Shown piece after piece: positions 18,725 to 27,625 of a stretch of 64,000 nt of DNA. The DNA lies in the NCBI GenBank assembly GCA_902384585.1, contig CABMCJ010000002.1, forward strand, positions 156,179 through 220,178. Reading direction: 5' to 3'. Source of the DNA: Candidatus Anstonella stagnisolia. GTDB taxonomy: Archaea; Micrarchaeota; Micrarchaeia; Anstonellales; Anstonellaceae. The position numbers were made by a program, and so were the translations under genes. Position 1 is the first letter of the stretch; every line of letters begins with the position of its first letter. Under the pieces are notes generated by a model. It did no database searches and was not told the DNA's origin. It worked only from the letters and a program-made list of their open reading frames with translations.

Positions 18725-19450
18725 TCACTTCGTCTCAGGGGCATGTTTTGCGCCCCCGCCGCTTTCGTGCGCTTTTGCAGGCGCAGCATTTGCAAGCATG
18801 TCCTCGCCTATGAGGCTGCTTATTGCCTTTGGCTTGCTGCGAAGCAGGAAATCAAAGAACACAACAAAGAGCACGCCCTCGGCGATTGCTAGGGGCACTT
18901 GCGTGAGCGCAAACACTGTTGCGAACGTGAAGAAGGACGCGAGAAGGCTTGCACCGGGGTATGCGAGGGCAAGCTGCAGCGATGTCACGAGGTAGGTAAC
19001 CCAGTCCGAGAAGAGCGCTGCAAGGAAAACGCGCACAGTCCAGTGCAGCTTGAGCGGGCCGGTTGCCTTGAAAATTGCCCATGCAACAAGAGGGCCTGCG
19101 ATTCCCATTGAAAAAATGTCTGCGCCAAGGGTGGTTATGCCGCCATGCGCAAGGAGAACCGCCTGAAAAAGCAGCACTATGGAGGCAAGGAATGCGGCGA
19201 TTGCGGGGCCGTAGAGGATTGCCGCCATCCCTGTCCCTGTGGGGTGGGAGGACGAGCCTGTTACTGATGGGAGCTTAAGGGAAGAGAGCACAAAAATGAA
19301 CGCGCCGCTCACTGCAAGCAGTATTTTTTGCCTTGGGTCATTTCCCACAAGCTTCTTCACCCCCAGCATTCCCCATATCACAAAGGGTGCGCTAAGGAGG
19401 TACCAGAAGAGCGCCCATTCTAGGGGCAAAAATCCTTCCATAATGTGCAT
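18725..19450 (-). CDS. cbiM: ECF cobalt transporter S component
   Basis: MHIMEGFLP N-terminus, SSSHPTG, AHGGITTLGA. Confidence 0.95.
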   Translation of the reverse strand: MHIMEGFLPLEWALFWYLLSAPFVIWGMLGVKKLVGNDPRQKILLAVSGAFIFVLSSLKLPSVTGSSSHPTGTGMAAILYGPAIAAFLASIVLLFQAVLLAHGGITTLGADIFSMGIAGPLVAWAIFKATGPLKLHWTVRVFLAALFSDWVTYLVTSLQLALAYPGASLLASFFTFATVFALTQVPLAIAEGVLFVVFFDFLLRSKPKAISSLIGEDMLANAAPAKAHESGGGAKHAPETK

Positions 19451-19473
19451 AGGCACACTTGGAGGAGAAGTAG

Positions 19474-19502
19474 TTATTAATACTTGTGTGAAAAGTTAAT
19501 AA
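19474..19502. promoter_or_regulatory. Candidate NikR-type operator TTATTAA-N15-TTAATAA
   Basis: Perfect 7-bp inverted repeat with a 15-nt spacer between divergent cbiM and the NikR-like gene. Confidence 0.55.
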
Positions 19503-19561
19503 TGTAAAAAAGGCGTTTGCGCCGTGGGATGCCAAAAATCGTTATTAAGTGGGGTGGAAAT

Positions 19562-19948
19562 ATGACAAAAATATTGAGTTTTTCGCTTACGGACGAAGAA
19601 GCTGCGGAGCTTGAAGAGCTGCGCGAGGCAATGGGGATGGGAAGCCGCTCCGAAGTGCTGCGGGTTGCGCTTGCGAACTTGCGCGCGGACAAGAAGAGCC
19701 TTGAGGATGCGAAGGGCGACACGCACGCAATAATGCTGCTTGTGGGGAACCGCCACGCGGTTGATGCGAAACTGCACGACCTCAAGCATGAGTACGAGAA
19801 GAGCGTGCTCACGAGCATGCACAACGTGCTGCACGAGAAATGCATTGAGATGTGGCTTTTGCACGATGATGCGAAAAGGATTGCGCAGCTTGATGCGCTA
19901 CTTAGGAAAAACCGGCAGCTCACAACTGTGAAAACAATAGTATTCTGA
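19562..19948 (+). CDS. NikR-family ribbon-helix-helix metal-responsive regulator
   Basis: ILSFSL...SRSEVLR RHH domain; C-terminal H..H..C metal-binding domain (KHEY, SMHNVLHEKC). Confidence 0.85.
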   Translation: MTKILSFSLTDEEAAELEELREAMGMGSRSEVLRVALANLRADKKSLEDAKGDTHAIMLLVGNRHAVDAKLHDLKHEYEKSVLTSMHNVLHEKCIEMWLLHDDAKRIAQLDALLRKNRQLTTVKTIVF

Positions 19949-19949
19949 G

Positions 19950-22649
19950 TTACTTGCGCTCCCCGTACTCCTGCATGAACTCGCCGTATTCGGCCAGGTC
20001 CTTTCTTGTGATGGAGGGGCGCCGTGAGCTTATGAGCGAGAGCATGTAGGAATTTGTGAGGCGCGCTTCCTTGCCTTTCAGGCCCGCGCGCACAAGGGAC
20101 ATTTTTGCCTCCTGGCAGATGGAGGAAATGTCTGCGCCTGAGAACCCGTCGGAGGCTGCTGCAAGCTTCTCGCAGTCCACCCCTGCGCCTTCCTGCCCTA
20201 AGTTCTGCGTGAATATTTGTTCCCTTGCAACAAGGTCGGGGGCAGGTATGTAAAGGATTTTGTCAAAGCGGCCAGGGCGAAGGAGCGCGGAATCTATCAT
20301 GGAAGGCTTGTTTGTTGCGCCTATGAGCATCACGTTCTTGAGCTCCTTTACGCCGTCAAGCTCCTGCAAAAGCTGCGTGAGCACGCCCGAAGAGGAATAT
20401 TCGCGGCTTGGCGCGAGGGCTTCTATTTCATCTATGAAAATGAGCGCGGGCGCCTGCTCGCGGGCGCGGTTGAAGGTTTCTTTTAGGATGTTAACAGAAC
20501 TCCCATATCCTTTTTTAGTAAGCTCTGCGCCTGAAAGGGAAAGGAATGTGGACTTAAGCTCGTTTGTTGCCGCGCGCACTATGAGGGTTTTGCCGCAGCC
20601 GGGCGGGCCAAAGAGAAGCAATCCCTTTGAGGGCTTTATCTTGAACTTCTTCATGAGCTCCTCGCCTTTGGGGGTGAGGGGGATTTCCATTGTTTCAAGC
20701 AGGGTTTGCTTTACTTTTTCCAATCCCGCAACGTCCGCCCAGCGCACTATGTCCTTGCTCTCTTCTGGCTTTTCCTCTACTTTGCCGCTTCTGCGCTCGA
20801 AATCAAGGCGGAACTTGTCGTAATCTTCGAGGGCATCTATTGAGGTTGAGGGGCGGATTGCCTTCAGGGCTGCGAGCAGCTGCTCCATGCGCACGGGTTC
20901 GACTTTTTTTGACTGCATCGCATCGCGCGCAGCCATGCGCGTTGCCTCTGTGCAAATGTTCTTTATGTCGGCGCCGGAATACCTCTCCGTCATTTTTCCA
21001 AGCTTCTCAAAATCTATCCCCTCCTCGTGCGGGACAGGGGACATGTGCACCTGGAAAATTTGCGCGCGCGCAGGCGCGTCTGGGAGGTGCATGTAAATTA
21101 TCTTGTCAAACCTCCCGGGGCGCATGAGCGCAGGGTCAAGCTGCTGCGGCACGTTTGTAGCGCCGATTACGATTACGTTTTTCTGGGACTTGAAGCCGTC
21201 AAGCTCCTCAAGGAACACGGAGAGGATGCGCGGCCCGACATCATCGTTGCTGTAGGAATCGCGCTTCTTCCCGATGGAGTCTATTTCGTCAAAGAAGAGC
21301 ACGCAGGGCGCCTGCTTGCGCGCCTTTTTGAAAATGTCGGACACGTTGCGCTCGGACTGGCCGTACCATTCTGAAAGCAGGTTTGAGCCTTTCACGTAGT
21401 AGAAGGGGATTTTGAGCTCTTTTGAGAGTGCGCGCATAAGGAGCGTTTTACCAGTGCCTGGCGGGCCGAAGAGCAGGATGCCATTCGGCGGCTTTATCCC
21501 GTACGCATATGCGATTTCCTTTTGCTTAAGGGGCGCAACAATGGACTCGGAGAGCTCGTTCTTCACGTCAGCATAGCCGCCTATTTCAGCCATGGACTCT
21601 GCGCCTGCGGAAGAAGAGAGGTCCGCCAAGCCCATTTCCTTGGACTTTGCATCGCGCATTATGGAATGCTCGCGCGTGAAGCTCATGTGGTGCTCCTCCA
21701 TGAAATATATCATGCCAAGGGAAAGCGCAAGGTAAAGGAACACTAGGGCATTGAAGGGGGCTGCCGGATAGATGAAGAATATCAGGAGGTTAACAATTGG
21801 AACGAGCGCGAGGGCTGCGCAGGAAATTGTCTGCTTGTACTTGTTCTCAAAGTGCGCTGGAAGGTATCCTATCAGGTAAAGCGCAACGCCCCAGGAAAGA
21901 AGCTGCAGGAATGCACTGTCGCGCAGGAAGAGAGTTATGATGTTCTGGGATACTTTTGGGAGTATTTTGTCCCCGAAATCGTTTATTATCTGGGCATTGA
22001 ACATTGAGGCAAGGGCGTTGCCAGCGGAAGAGAGCATGTCCGGGAAATCCACCGCGTTCAGTGAATTGCGGGAGAGCTCGCCAAGGGCTGGGCCGTAGTT
22101 TTCCTCAATGGAGGAAATCGGAAGGAAAGAGCCGTTCTCCGTGAGCCAAAGGGTGCACAGGAGCAGTATTATGAAAACTGCAGGGAGCGCGAGTGCGATT
22201 GATTTTTTTGAGCCTTCAACGAGCGCGCCCAATGCTAAGATGAGGAAAATGAAGCCTGAGAGAAGGGAGAAAGGGAAGGGCGCAAACGGCATGAAAATTA
22301 CGACTTGCAGGAACGCGATTATTTGCCAGTTTTCGTACATTTCAAAGAGCGTTGCCGCGAGGGGGAGCAGATAGAGCCACGCAAGGTGCGGGGACTGGTA
22401 TGCTATTGCAGGCAGCGTTGCAACCATTGAGAAGAGAAGCCCTGCAAAGCCTGCCTTGTAGGAGAGCGCTGCTGCGGCAAGTGCGATTATGGGGACGAAA
22501 TATACGGGGAAAAAGGGGAAAGTGAGGAGCGCGAAAAGCGCGCCGAAAAACACGAGCACAGAGCCCCACAGTTGTGAATCCTTTTGCGCGGATGCAACGA
22601 GTGCGCGGATGCGCATCTTGTCCATGTCCTTTAATGCAACTGCAGGCAT
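19950..22649 (-). CDS. Membrane-anchored AAA ATPase with two AAA modules
   Basis: About 320-aa polytopic N-terminus; GPPGTGKT/FFDE/RPGRFD and GPPGCGKT/FIDE/RPGRFD. Confidence 0.92.
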   Translation of the reverse strand: MPAVALKDMDKMRIRALVASAQKDSQLWGSVLVFFGALFALLTFPFFPVYFVPIIALAAAALSYKAGFAGLLFSMVATLPAIAYQSPHLAWLYLLPLAATLFEMYENWQIIAFLQVVIFMPFAPFPFSLLSGFIFLILALGALVEGSKKSIALALPAVFIILLLCTLWLTENGSFLPISSIEENYGPALGELSRNSLNAVDFPDMLSSAGNALASMFNAQIINDFGDKILPKVSQNIITLFLRDSAFLQLLSWGVALYLIGYLPAHFENKYKQTISCAALALVPIVNLLIFFIYPAAPFNALVFLYLALSLGMIYFMEEHHMSFTREHSIMRDAKSKEMGLADLSSSAGAESMAEIGGYADVKNELSESIVAPLKQKEIAYAYGIKPPNGILLFGPPGTGKTLLMRALSKELKIPFYYVKGSNLLSEWYGQSERNVSDIFKKARKQAPCVLFFDEIDSIGKKRDSYSNDDVGPRILSVFLEELDGFKSQKNVIVIGATNVPQQLDPALMRPGRFDKIIYMHLPDAPARAQIFQVHMSPVPHEEGIDFEKLGKMTERYSGADIKNICTEATRMAARDAMQSKKVEPVRMEQLLAALKAIRPSTSIDALEDYDKFRLDFERRSGKVEEKPEESKDIVRWADVAGLEKVKQTLLETMEIPLTPKGEELMKKFKIKPSKGLLLFGPPGCGKTLIVRAATNELKSTFLSLSGAELTKKGYGSSVNILKETFNRAREQAPALIFIDEIEALAPSREYSSSGVLTQLLQELDGVKELKNVMLIGATNKPSMIDSALLRPGRFDKILYIPAPDLVAREQIFTQNLGQEGAGVDCEKLAAASDGFSGADISSICQEAKMSLVRAGLKGKEARLTNSYMLSLISSRRPSITRKDLAEYGEFMQEYGERK

Positions 22650-22801
22650 GGGAAACTAAGGGGAAGAAAAGTATATATAGCATCAGTAGGTAGGTGCGTT
22701 TTGCCGCTAAGCTTGCCGCAAGCGGCACGCATAAATAGTACTTAGTGCGCAGTATTTGCACTGAATAAATAATGAGGTGAAAAAAATGGAAACGGAAAGG
22801 G

Positions 22802-23056
22802 GTGGACTTTGCCAGGAGTGAGAGGAAGGTACTGAGAGTTTTAGCTACTTTTGAAAGTTTGACGCAGGGGGAAATTTCCGCGCTTGCGAAAATGCCGAAA
22901 AGGACGGTGCGGTTTGCGGTTTTGAAATTAAAGGAAAAGAGGATGCTTAGTGAATACCTTCACCTAGATGCAAGGATGAGCGCGTATTCTATAAAGGGAG
23001 CAAAAATTGGGGAGCGGATGCCTTCAGGCACTCCTGATGCGGGGCGGTTCCTATGA
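22802..23056 (+). CDS. Small winged-helix transcription regulator
   Basis: SERKVL...LTQGEIS..AKMPKRTVRFAV.KLKEK; overlaps the cysK start. Confidence 0.75.
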   Translation: MDFARSERKVLRVLATFESLTQGEISALAKMPKRTVRFAVLKLKEKRMLSEYLHLDARMSAYSIKGAKIGERMPSGTPDAGRFL

Positions 23057-23958
23057 AAGTCGCTCAAAACATTCTGGAGCTTATTGGGGAAACTCCTATG
23101 GTGAGAATAAACCGTCTTGCGCCTTCGCACGTAGAAATATACGCAAAGCTTGAGGGGCAAAATATCGGGGGAAGCGTAAAGGACAGGATTGCGCTTTCCA
23201 TGATAGAGGCTGCGGAAAGAGCGGGGGAGCTTGAGGGAAAAATCATCCTTGAGCCCACTTCTGGAAATACCGGAATCGGGCTTGCGATTGTTGCTGCTGC
23301 AAAGGGATATCCCTTAGTTGTGACAATGTCTGCAGGAGTGAGCGAGGAAAGGAAAAGGATGCTAAGGGCATTGGGCGCAACCGTAATTGAAACTGATGCG
23401 CTCAAGGGGACTGACGGGGCAATATTGAAGGCGCACGAAATTTATGAGAAGGAAAAGGGGAAATATTGGATGCCAAACCAGTTTGCAAATGTGAACAACC
23501 CGAGGGCGCACTATGAGGGAACTGCGCGGGAAATATTGGAGCAGGTGCCGGATTTGGACGTGTTTGTTGCGGGAATGGGCACGAGCGGGACGCTTATGGG
23601 AGTTTCAAGGAGGCTGCGCGAGCAGGAAAGAAAGATACGCATTATTGCAACCGAGCCGCAAATGGGGCACAAAATTCAGGGGTTAAAGAGCCTCAAGGAG
23701 GCGATTGTGCCGCAAATTTGGGAGGAGAAGGCGGTTGATGAACGGATAATCGTAAGTGACGCGGATGCATATGAGACTGCGCGGGAGCTCGCAAAAAAGG
23801 AGGGGATATTTGTGGGCATGAGTTCGGGAGGCGCGATGTGGGCTGCGCTTGAGGTTGCAAAGAAAATAAGGGGCGGGAAAATAGTCGTGATATTCCCTGA
23901 CAGGGGGGAGAAATACTTGAGCACTGCGCTCTTTGGGCAGCTCACTCCTGTGGCTTAA
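23053..23958 (+). CDS. cysK: Cysteine synthase family PLP enzyme
   Basis: GGSVKDRIA, EPTSGNTGIG, GMGTSGT, GMSSGG, PDRGEKYLST. Confidence 0.93.
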   Translation: MKVAQNILELIGETPMVRINRLAPSHVEIYAKLEGQNIGGSVKDRIALSMIEAAERAGELEGKIILEPTSGNTGIGLAIVAAAKGYPLVVTMSAGVSEERKRMLRALGATVIETDALKGTDGAILKAHEIYEKEKGKYWMPNQFANVNNPRAHYEGTAREILEQVPDLDVFVAGMGTSGTLMGVSRRLREQERKIRIIATEPQMGHKIQGLKSLKEAIVPQIWEEKAVDERIIVSDADAYETARELAKKEGIFVGMSSGGAMWAALEVAKKIRGGKIVVIFPDRGEKYLSTALFGQLTPVA

Positions 23959-24628
23959 GCCAGTTTTTATCAAGATAGTCCCGCAAGCCTGTTTCAAGCT
24001 CTTCAAAGAGGGATATTTTTCTTGCATACTTTCGCGCACCTGCGTTTATTGCCCAGTGCAGCGGCCCGATGCGCAGAAGCGTGGTTGCGGACGTAATGCC
24101 TAGCGCCCCAGTCAATGCCGCGTTTGAAATCTCGTGCCTCACTGGGAGCCCGAAATATTTTAGCGCTCCCTTGAACCCTGATGCTACTGCGCTGGTTATG
24201 GGTTTCGTGAACTCAAAATCAAGGTTTGATTCCACTATTTTTGCCACTTCAGGAAGATTGCGCCCAAGGCAGATTGCAAGGACGGAAAATGCCGTGCCGC
24301 CTATTAAAAGGGTGCGCGCGAGCCACACTGCATTGCGCCTTCTTTTTTCCGGTGCCGCAATGATTTTTTCTGCAGCAGCATCAAGTGCGCTTTCAAGCGC
24401 AGCCTCCTGTTCTTTTCTGGTGCCCTTTTCGCCGGCTATTCCCCCAAGCGACTGCATCCTGTTTTCTTCCTTTCTTTCCGCTTTTGATGCGGCATCATAA
24501 AGCGACCTGAAAAATTGGCTTTGGAATCTTGTTTCCCATGCCTTGGGCTGGTTTGTTTTGGCGGAAACAGAGAATTTGGAGCTTTCTATAGCGGCTGACA
24601 GTTTGGGCTGTGAGGTTATCGGACTCAT
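23942..24628 (-). CDS. Hypothetical protein with 1-2 hydrophobic segments
   Basis: ORF fills the gap between convergent genes; no recognisable motif. Confidence 0.6.
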   Translation of the reverse strand: MSPITSQPKLSAAIESSKFSVSAKTNQPKAWETRFQSQFFRSLYDAASKAERKEENRMQSLGGIAGEKGTRKEQEAALESALDAAAEKIIAAPEKRRRNAVWLARTLLIGGTAFSVLAICLGRNLPEVAKIVESNLDFEFTKPITSAVASGFKGALKYFGLPVRHEISNAALTGALGITSATTLLRIGPLHWAINAGARKYARKISLFEELETGLRDYLDKNWLKPQE

Positions 24629-24672
24629 GGTTATCGTGATTATTAGTGTGTGCAACTATTTAAAAATAAGTA

Positions 24673-25305
24673 TCATACTGGAACCCTTAGGAGCACGCCT
24701 ATTATGTAGCCTGCGATTGCAGCAAGCGTTCCAACTGCGAGCATCTCAAACCCGCTTGATTTCCAGTCGCCTATTGTCCATTTTGCCTTTAGTGCGCCTG
24801 TAAAGAAGAGCACGAGCATGGAGAGAAGTATGGATGCAATTGCTGCCTGCCATACCGGAAGCAGGAAGTAGGGGAAAAGCGGGATGAACGAACCAATCAT
24901 TGTGGAAACGCATACCTTGAGGGCCTTTGAAAAGGGGGCTGATGCCTCCTCTTCGTGGGAAAGGAGTTTTGAGCGCACGAGCGCGAGCTTTTTGGATGGG
25001 AGCGGGGAAATTTTTGAGAGGATTTTCTCTATATCGCTTCGCGTTAAGTCCGCTTCAAGCGCCCGCTTCTTTTCGCATGCGAGTGCGGCTTTTGTGGAAG
25101 TGTATGCGACCGCGCCCATTGAAATGCTCTCTGCGAACATTGCGGCTGCGCCGGATACTATAACGAGGGAGGGGTCTGCGGTTGCGCCCACTACGCCAAG
25201 GGAAAGCCCGAGCACGTTCACGAGGCCGTCCTGGCCGCCCAGGATTACGTCTTGGAGGTGGCGTGCGTTGTGTGAAGACATAAAACCAACCTGCGCAAAG
25301 CGCAT
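24673..25305 (-). CDS. VIT1/CCC1 family iron/manganese transporter
   Basis: DVILGGQDGLVNVLG, AESISMGAVAY, GSFIPLFPY. Confidence 0.9.
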   Translation of the reverse strand: MRFAQVGFMSSHNARHLQDVILGGQDGLVNVLGLSLGVVGATADPSLVIVSGAAAMFAESISMGAVAYTSTKAALACEKKRALEADLTRSDIEKILSKISPLPSKKLALVRSKLLSHEEEASAPFSKALKVCVSTMIGSFIPLFPYFLLPVWQAAIASILLSMLVLFFTGALKAKWTIGDWKSSGFEMLAVGTLAAIAGYIIGVLLRVPV

Positions 25306-25329
25306 TTTGTGCGCCCAGCCAATGTGCGC

Positions 25330-25959
25330 CTAGTCAAAATAGACTTTTTCCTCTCTCCAAGGGTATTTTGCCCACAGTATGTTGCGGTCAAGAAGCTGCA
25401 GGCCGTTGCGCGTTGCCTTGAGCTCTTTTGAGAAATATGCCTCGTACCTTCCCCCTACTTCGGAGTGGTAGGAGATTGAGATGAGCATTTTTGCGCCTTC
25501 CCTGCCCCCGAGCGCATTCTTTGCAAAAGAGGTTATGTCCTGCGTCCTTTCGTTGTTCCCGTTTGCAGAATCGCTCACGTCAAGGTGGTGGTCAAACACT
25601 TCGAGCTTTTTGCCCGCAAGCTCAAGCTCCATGCCAAGGTCGTATATCGGGTGCTTTATTGTCTTGTAGGAGAGCAGCAGGCGTTTTCCCTCGTACTCTA
25701 TTTTCCATATCAGGACTGGGCGCACTGCAAGCTCTGCAGCCGCAACGTCCTTTGTGCGCGAGGAGAGCACGTTCACGTATGCGAAGTACAGGAGGGAGAT
25801 TGTTGCGACTATGCCGATTGCCTGCAAAAGCACGTAGGACTGGTTGAAGGAGAGCGCGGAAACCATGTAGCCGTAAAGCACAAATGCAAGCAGGACAAGC
25901 AGCAGCGCAAGCGCAACGAAAATGTAGTTCGGCTTTGAAGCCAGCGGATGCCTTCCCAT
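25330..25959 (-). CDS. Hypothetical membrane protein (2 N-terminal TM helices plus soluble domain)
   Basis: Hydrophobic N-terminus and coherent ORF; divergent from fni. Confidence 0.7.
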   Translation of the reverse strand: MGRHPLASKPNYIFVALALLLVLLAFVLYGYMVSALSFNQSYVLLQAIGIVATISLLYFAYVNVLSSRTKDVAAAELAVRPVLIWKIEYEGKRLLLSYKTIKHPIYDLGMELELAGKKLEVFDHHLDVSDSANGNNERTQDITSFAKNALGGREGAKMLISISYHSEVGGRYEAYFSKELKATRNGLQLLDRNILWAKYPWREEKVYFD

Positions 25960-26007
25960 GCAGGCATTTGAGGTAGATATTTTAAATAGGTTGGGGAAAA
26001 TTTGGGT

Positions 26008-27042
26008 ATGGGCAAAATACAATCAAGGAAGGAAGAGCACGTGAGGATATGCCTTGAAGAGGACGTGCAGTACGCGCGCGGGCCGGGCTTTTCGGACATT
26101 GAGTTTTTGCACAATTCCGTGCCTGAGCTTGACATGGGGAAAATTGACATTGGCACAAGCTTTTTCGGCAGGAAAATGGATGCGCCGCTCATAATAGACG
26201 GGATGACTGGGGGATACCCGAAGGCGAAAGAGATAAACAAGAGGCTTGCTGCTGCGGCTGCAGAGCACAACGTGCCATTTGGGCTGGGCAGCCAGCGCGC
26301 GATGGTGGAAAACCCCATTCTCACGCAAACCTATGCGGTGCGCGACGTTGCGCCGGATGTTTTCATAATAGGGAATATCGGGGCTGCGCAAATTGCGCAC
26401 TATCCAATTGCAAAGATAAAGAGCGCGCTTGAGGCAATTGATGCGAATGCGCTTGCGGTGCATTTGAATGCATTGCAGGAGGCAGTTCAGCCCGAGGGGG
26501 ACCGCAACTTCGAGGGAGTGCTGCACGCAATTTCAAGATTGTCGGATTCGCTCAAGATACCGATTATTGCAAAGGAGACGGGCGCGGGGATTTGTGCGGA
26601 CTCTGCGGTGCGCCTGAAGAACGCGGGAGTCCAAATGCTGAACGTTTCTGGAAGCGGGGGAACATCCTGGAGCAAAGTGGAATATTTGAGGGGAAAGCCT
26701 GTGGAAGGGTTTGAAGAATGGGGAATCCCGACTGTTGTGAGCATTGTTTCCTGCGCGCACCATCTTCCGCTAATTGCATCGGGAGGGGTGAGAAGCGGCT
26801 TGGATGCTGCCAAAGCAATTGCATTGGGGGCCAAAATGGCTGCTGGGGCGCATCCTTTCCTGGCTGCGAAAAATCCGGCGGACGAGATGGGGAAGTGGAA
26901 AATGCAATTAAGGACTGCGATGTTCCTTTCGGGATGTGCGAACCTTGAGAAATTGGGGAAGAGCCGCATATTCGTTACGGGAAGAACGAAGCAGCTTCTT
27001 GAATGCCTGCGCGTGGACGTAAGCGAGTATGCGATGCGGTAA
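26008..27042 (+). CDS. fni: Type 2 isopentenyl-diphosphate isomerase
   Basis: RKEEH, MTGG, GSQRA, HLNALQE, KETGAG, GSGGTSW. Confidence 0.96.
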   Translation: MGKIQSRKEEHVRICLEEDVQYARGPGFSDIEFLHNSVPELDMGKIDIGTSFFGRKMDAPLIIDGMTGGYPKAKEINKRLAAAAAEHNVPFGLGSQRAMVENPILTQTYAVRDVAPDVFIIGNIGAAQIAHYPIAKIKSALEAIDANALAVHLNALQEAVQPEGDRNFEGVLHAISRLSDSLKIPIIAKETGAGICADSAVRLKNAGVQMLNVSGSGGTSWSKVEYLRGKPVEGFEEWGIPTVVSIVSCAHHLPLIASGGVRSGLDAAKAIALGAKMAAGAHPFLAAKNPADEMGKWKMQLRTAMFLSGCANLEKLGKSRIFVTGRTKQLLECLRVDVSEYAMR

Positions 27043-27052
27043 AAAGAGCCTG

Positions 27053-27259
27053 CTATGGTTGCCCGCACCTCTCCTCAGATGCGTTTGCCACGGGGTTGTC
27101 CATTATTGTGAATCTTTTTTTAAGGGGAAAATCATCGCGCTTGCAGCAGCCATCGCACTCGGCGTGCGGCGCGCTTTTGTGGTTCGCCACGTGCCTTTGC
27201 CTGTGTTCGCATAGGTAGCCGACTTCATTGTTCAAATCAACGTGTTTTATCCATTCCAT
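27053..27259 (-). CDS. Small Cys/His-rich putative metal-binding protein
   Basis: GGGGAG RBS before the ATG; CEH..RH...H....H..CDGCC. Confidence 0.6.
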   Translation of the reverse strand: MEWIKHVDLNNEVGYLCEHRQRHVANHKSAPHAECDGCCKRDDFPLKKRFTIMDNPVANASEERCGQP

Positions 27260-27357
27260 ATTTCTCCCCTTATGGGCGGCAGGGCAAGCCAGCCTACTTG
27301 TTTTGCTAAGTATCCTAAGTATTTACTATTAATATCAAGTTTATAATTATATCAGGC

Positions 27358-27555
27358 ATGGCAGAAAAAGACGAGAACCTTACAGTGAATGTGAAGAAAA
27401 TTGTCCCGTGGGCGACCGGCTATGCGATTTTCGTTACAAAGGAGGCAAAGGCGCTGGGCTGGGACAACAAGGATTACGTCATAATAACTTCTTCTGAGGA
27501 CAAGGAAGGCGGCAAGATAGAGATAAGAAGGGCGCCAATAAGCAGGAGGAAATAG
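27358..27555 (+). CDS. Small AbrB-like DNA-binding protein
   Basis: KKIVPWATGYAIFVTKEAKALGW...IEIRR. Confidence 0.7.
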   Translation: MAEKDENLTVNVKKIVPWATGYAIFVTKEAKALGWDNKDYVIITSSEDKEGGKIEIRRAPISRRK

Positions 27556-27625
27556 CTGCAGCTTTGCATTGGGCAAAACTGTGCTAAAATAGATAAATTA
27601 GACGTGTGAAATAGGTGCGGTCCCT

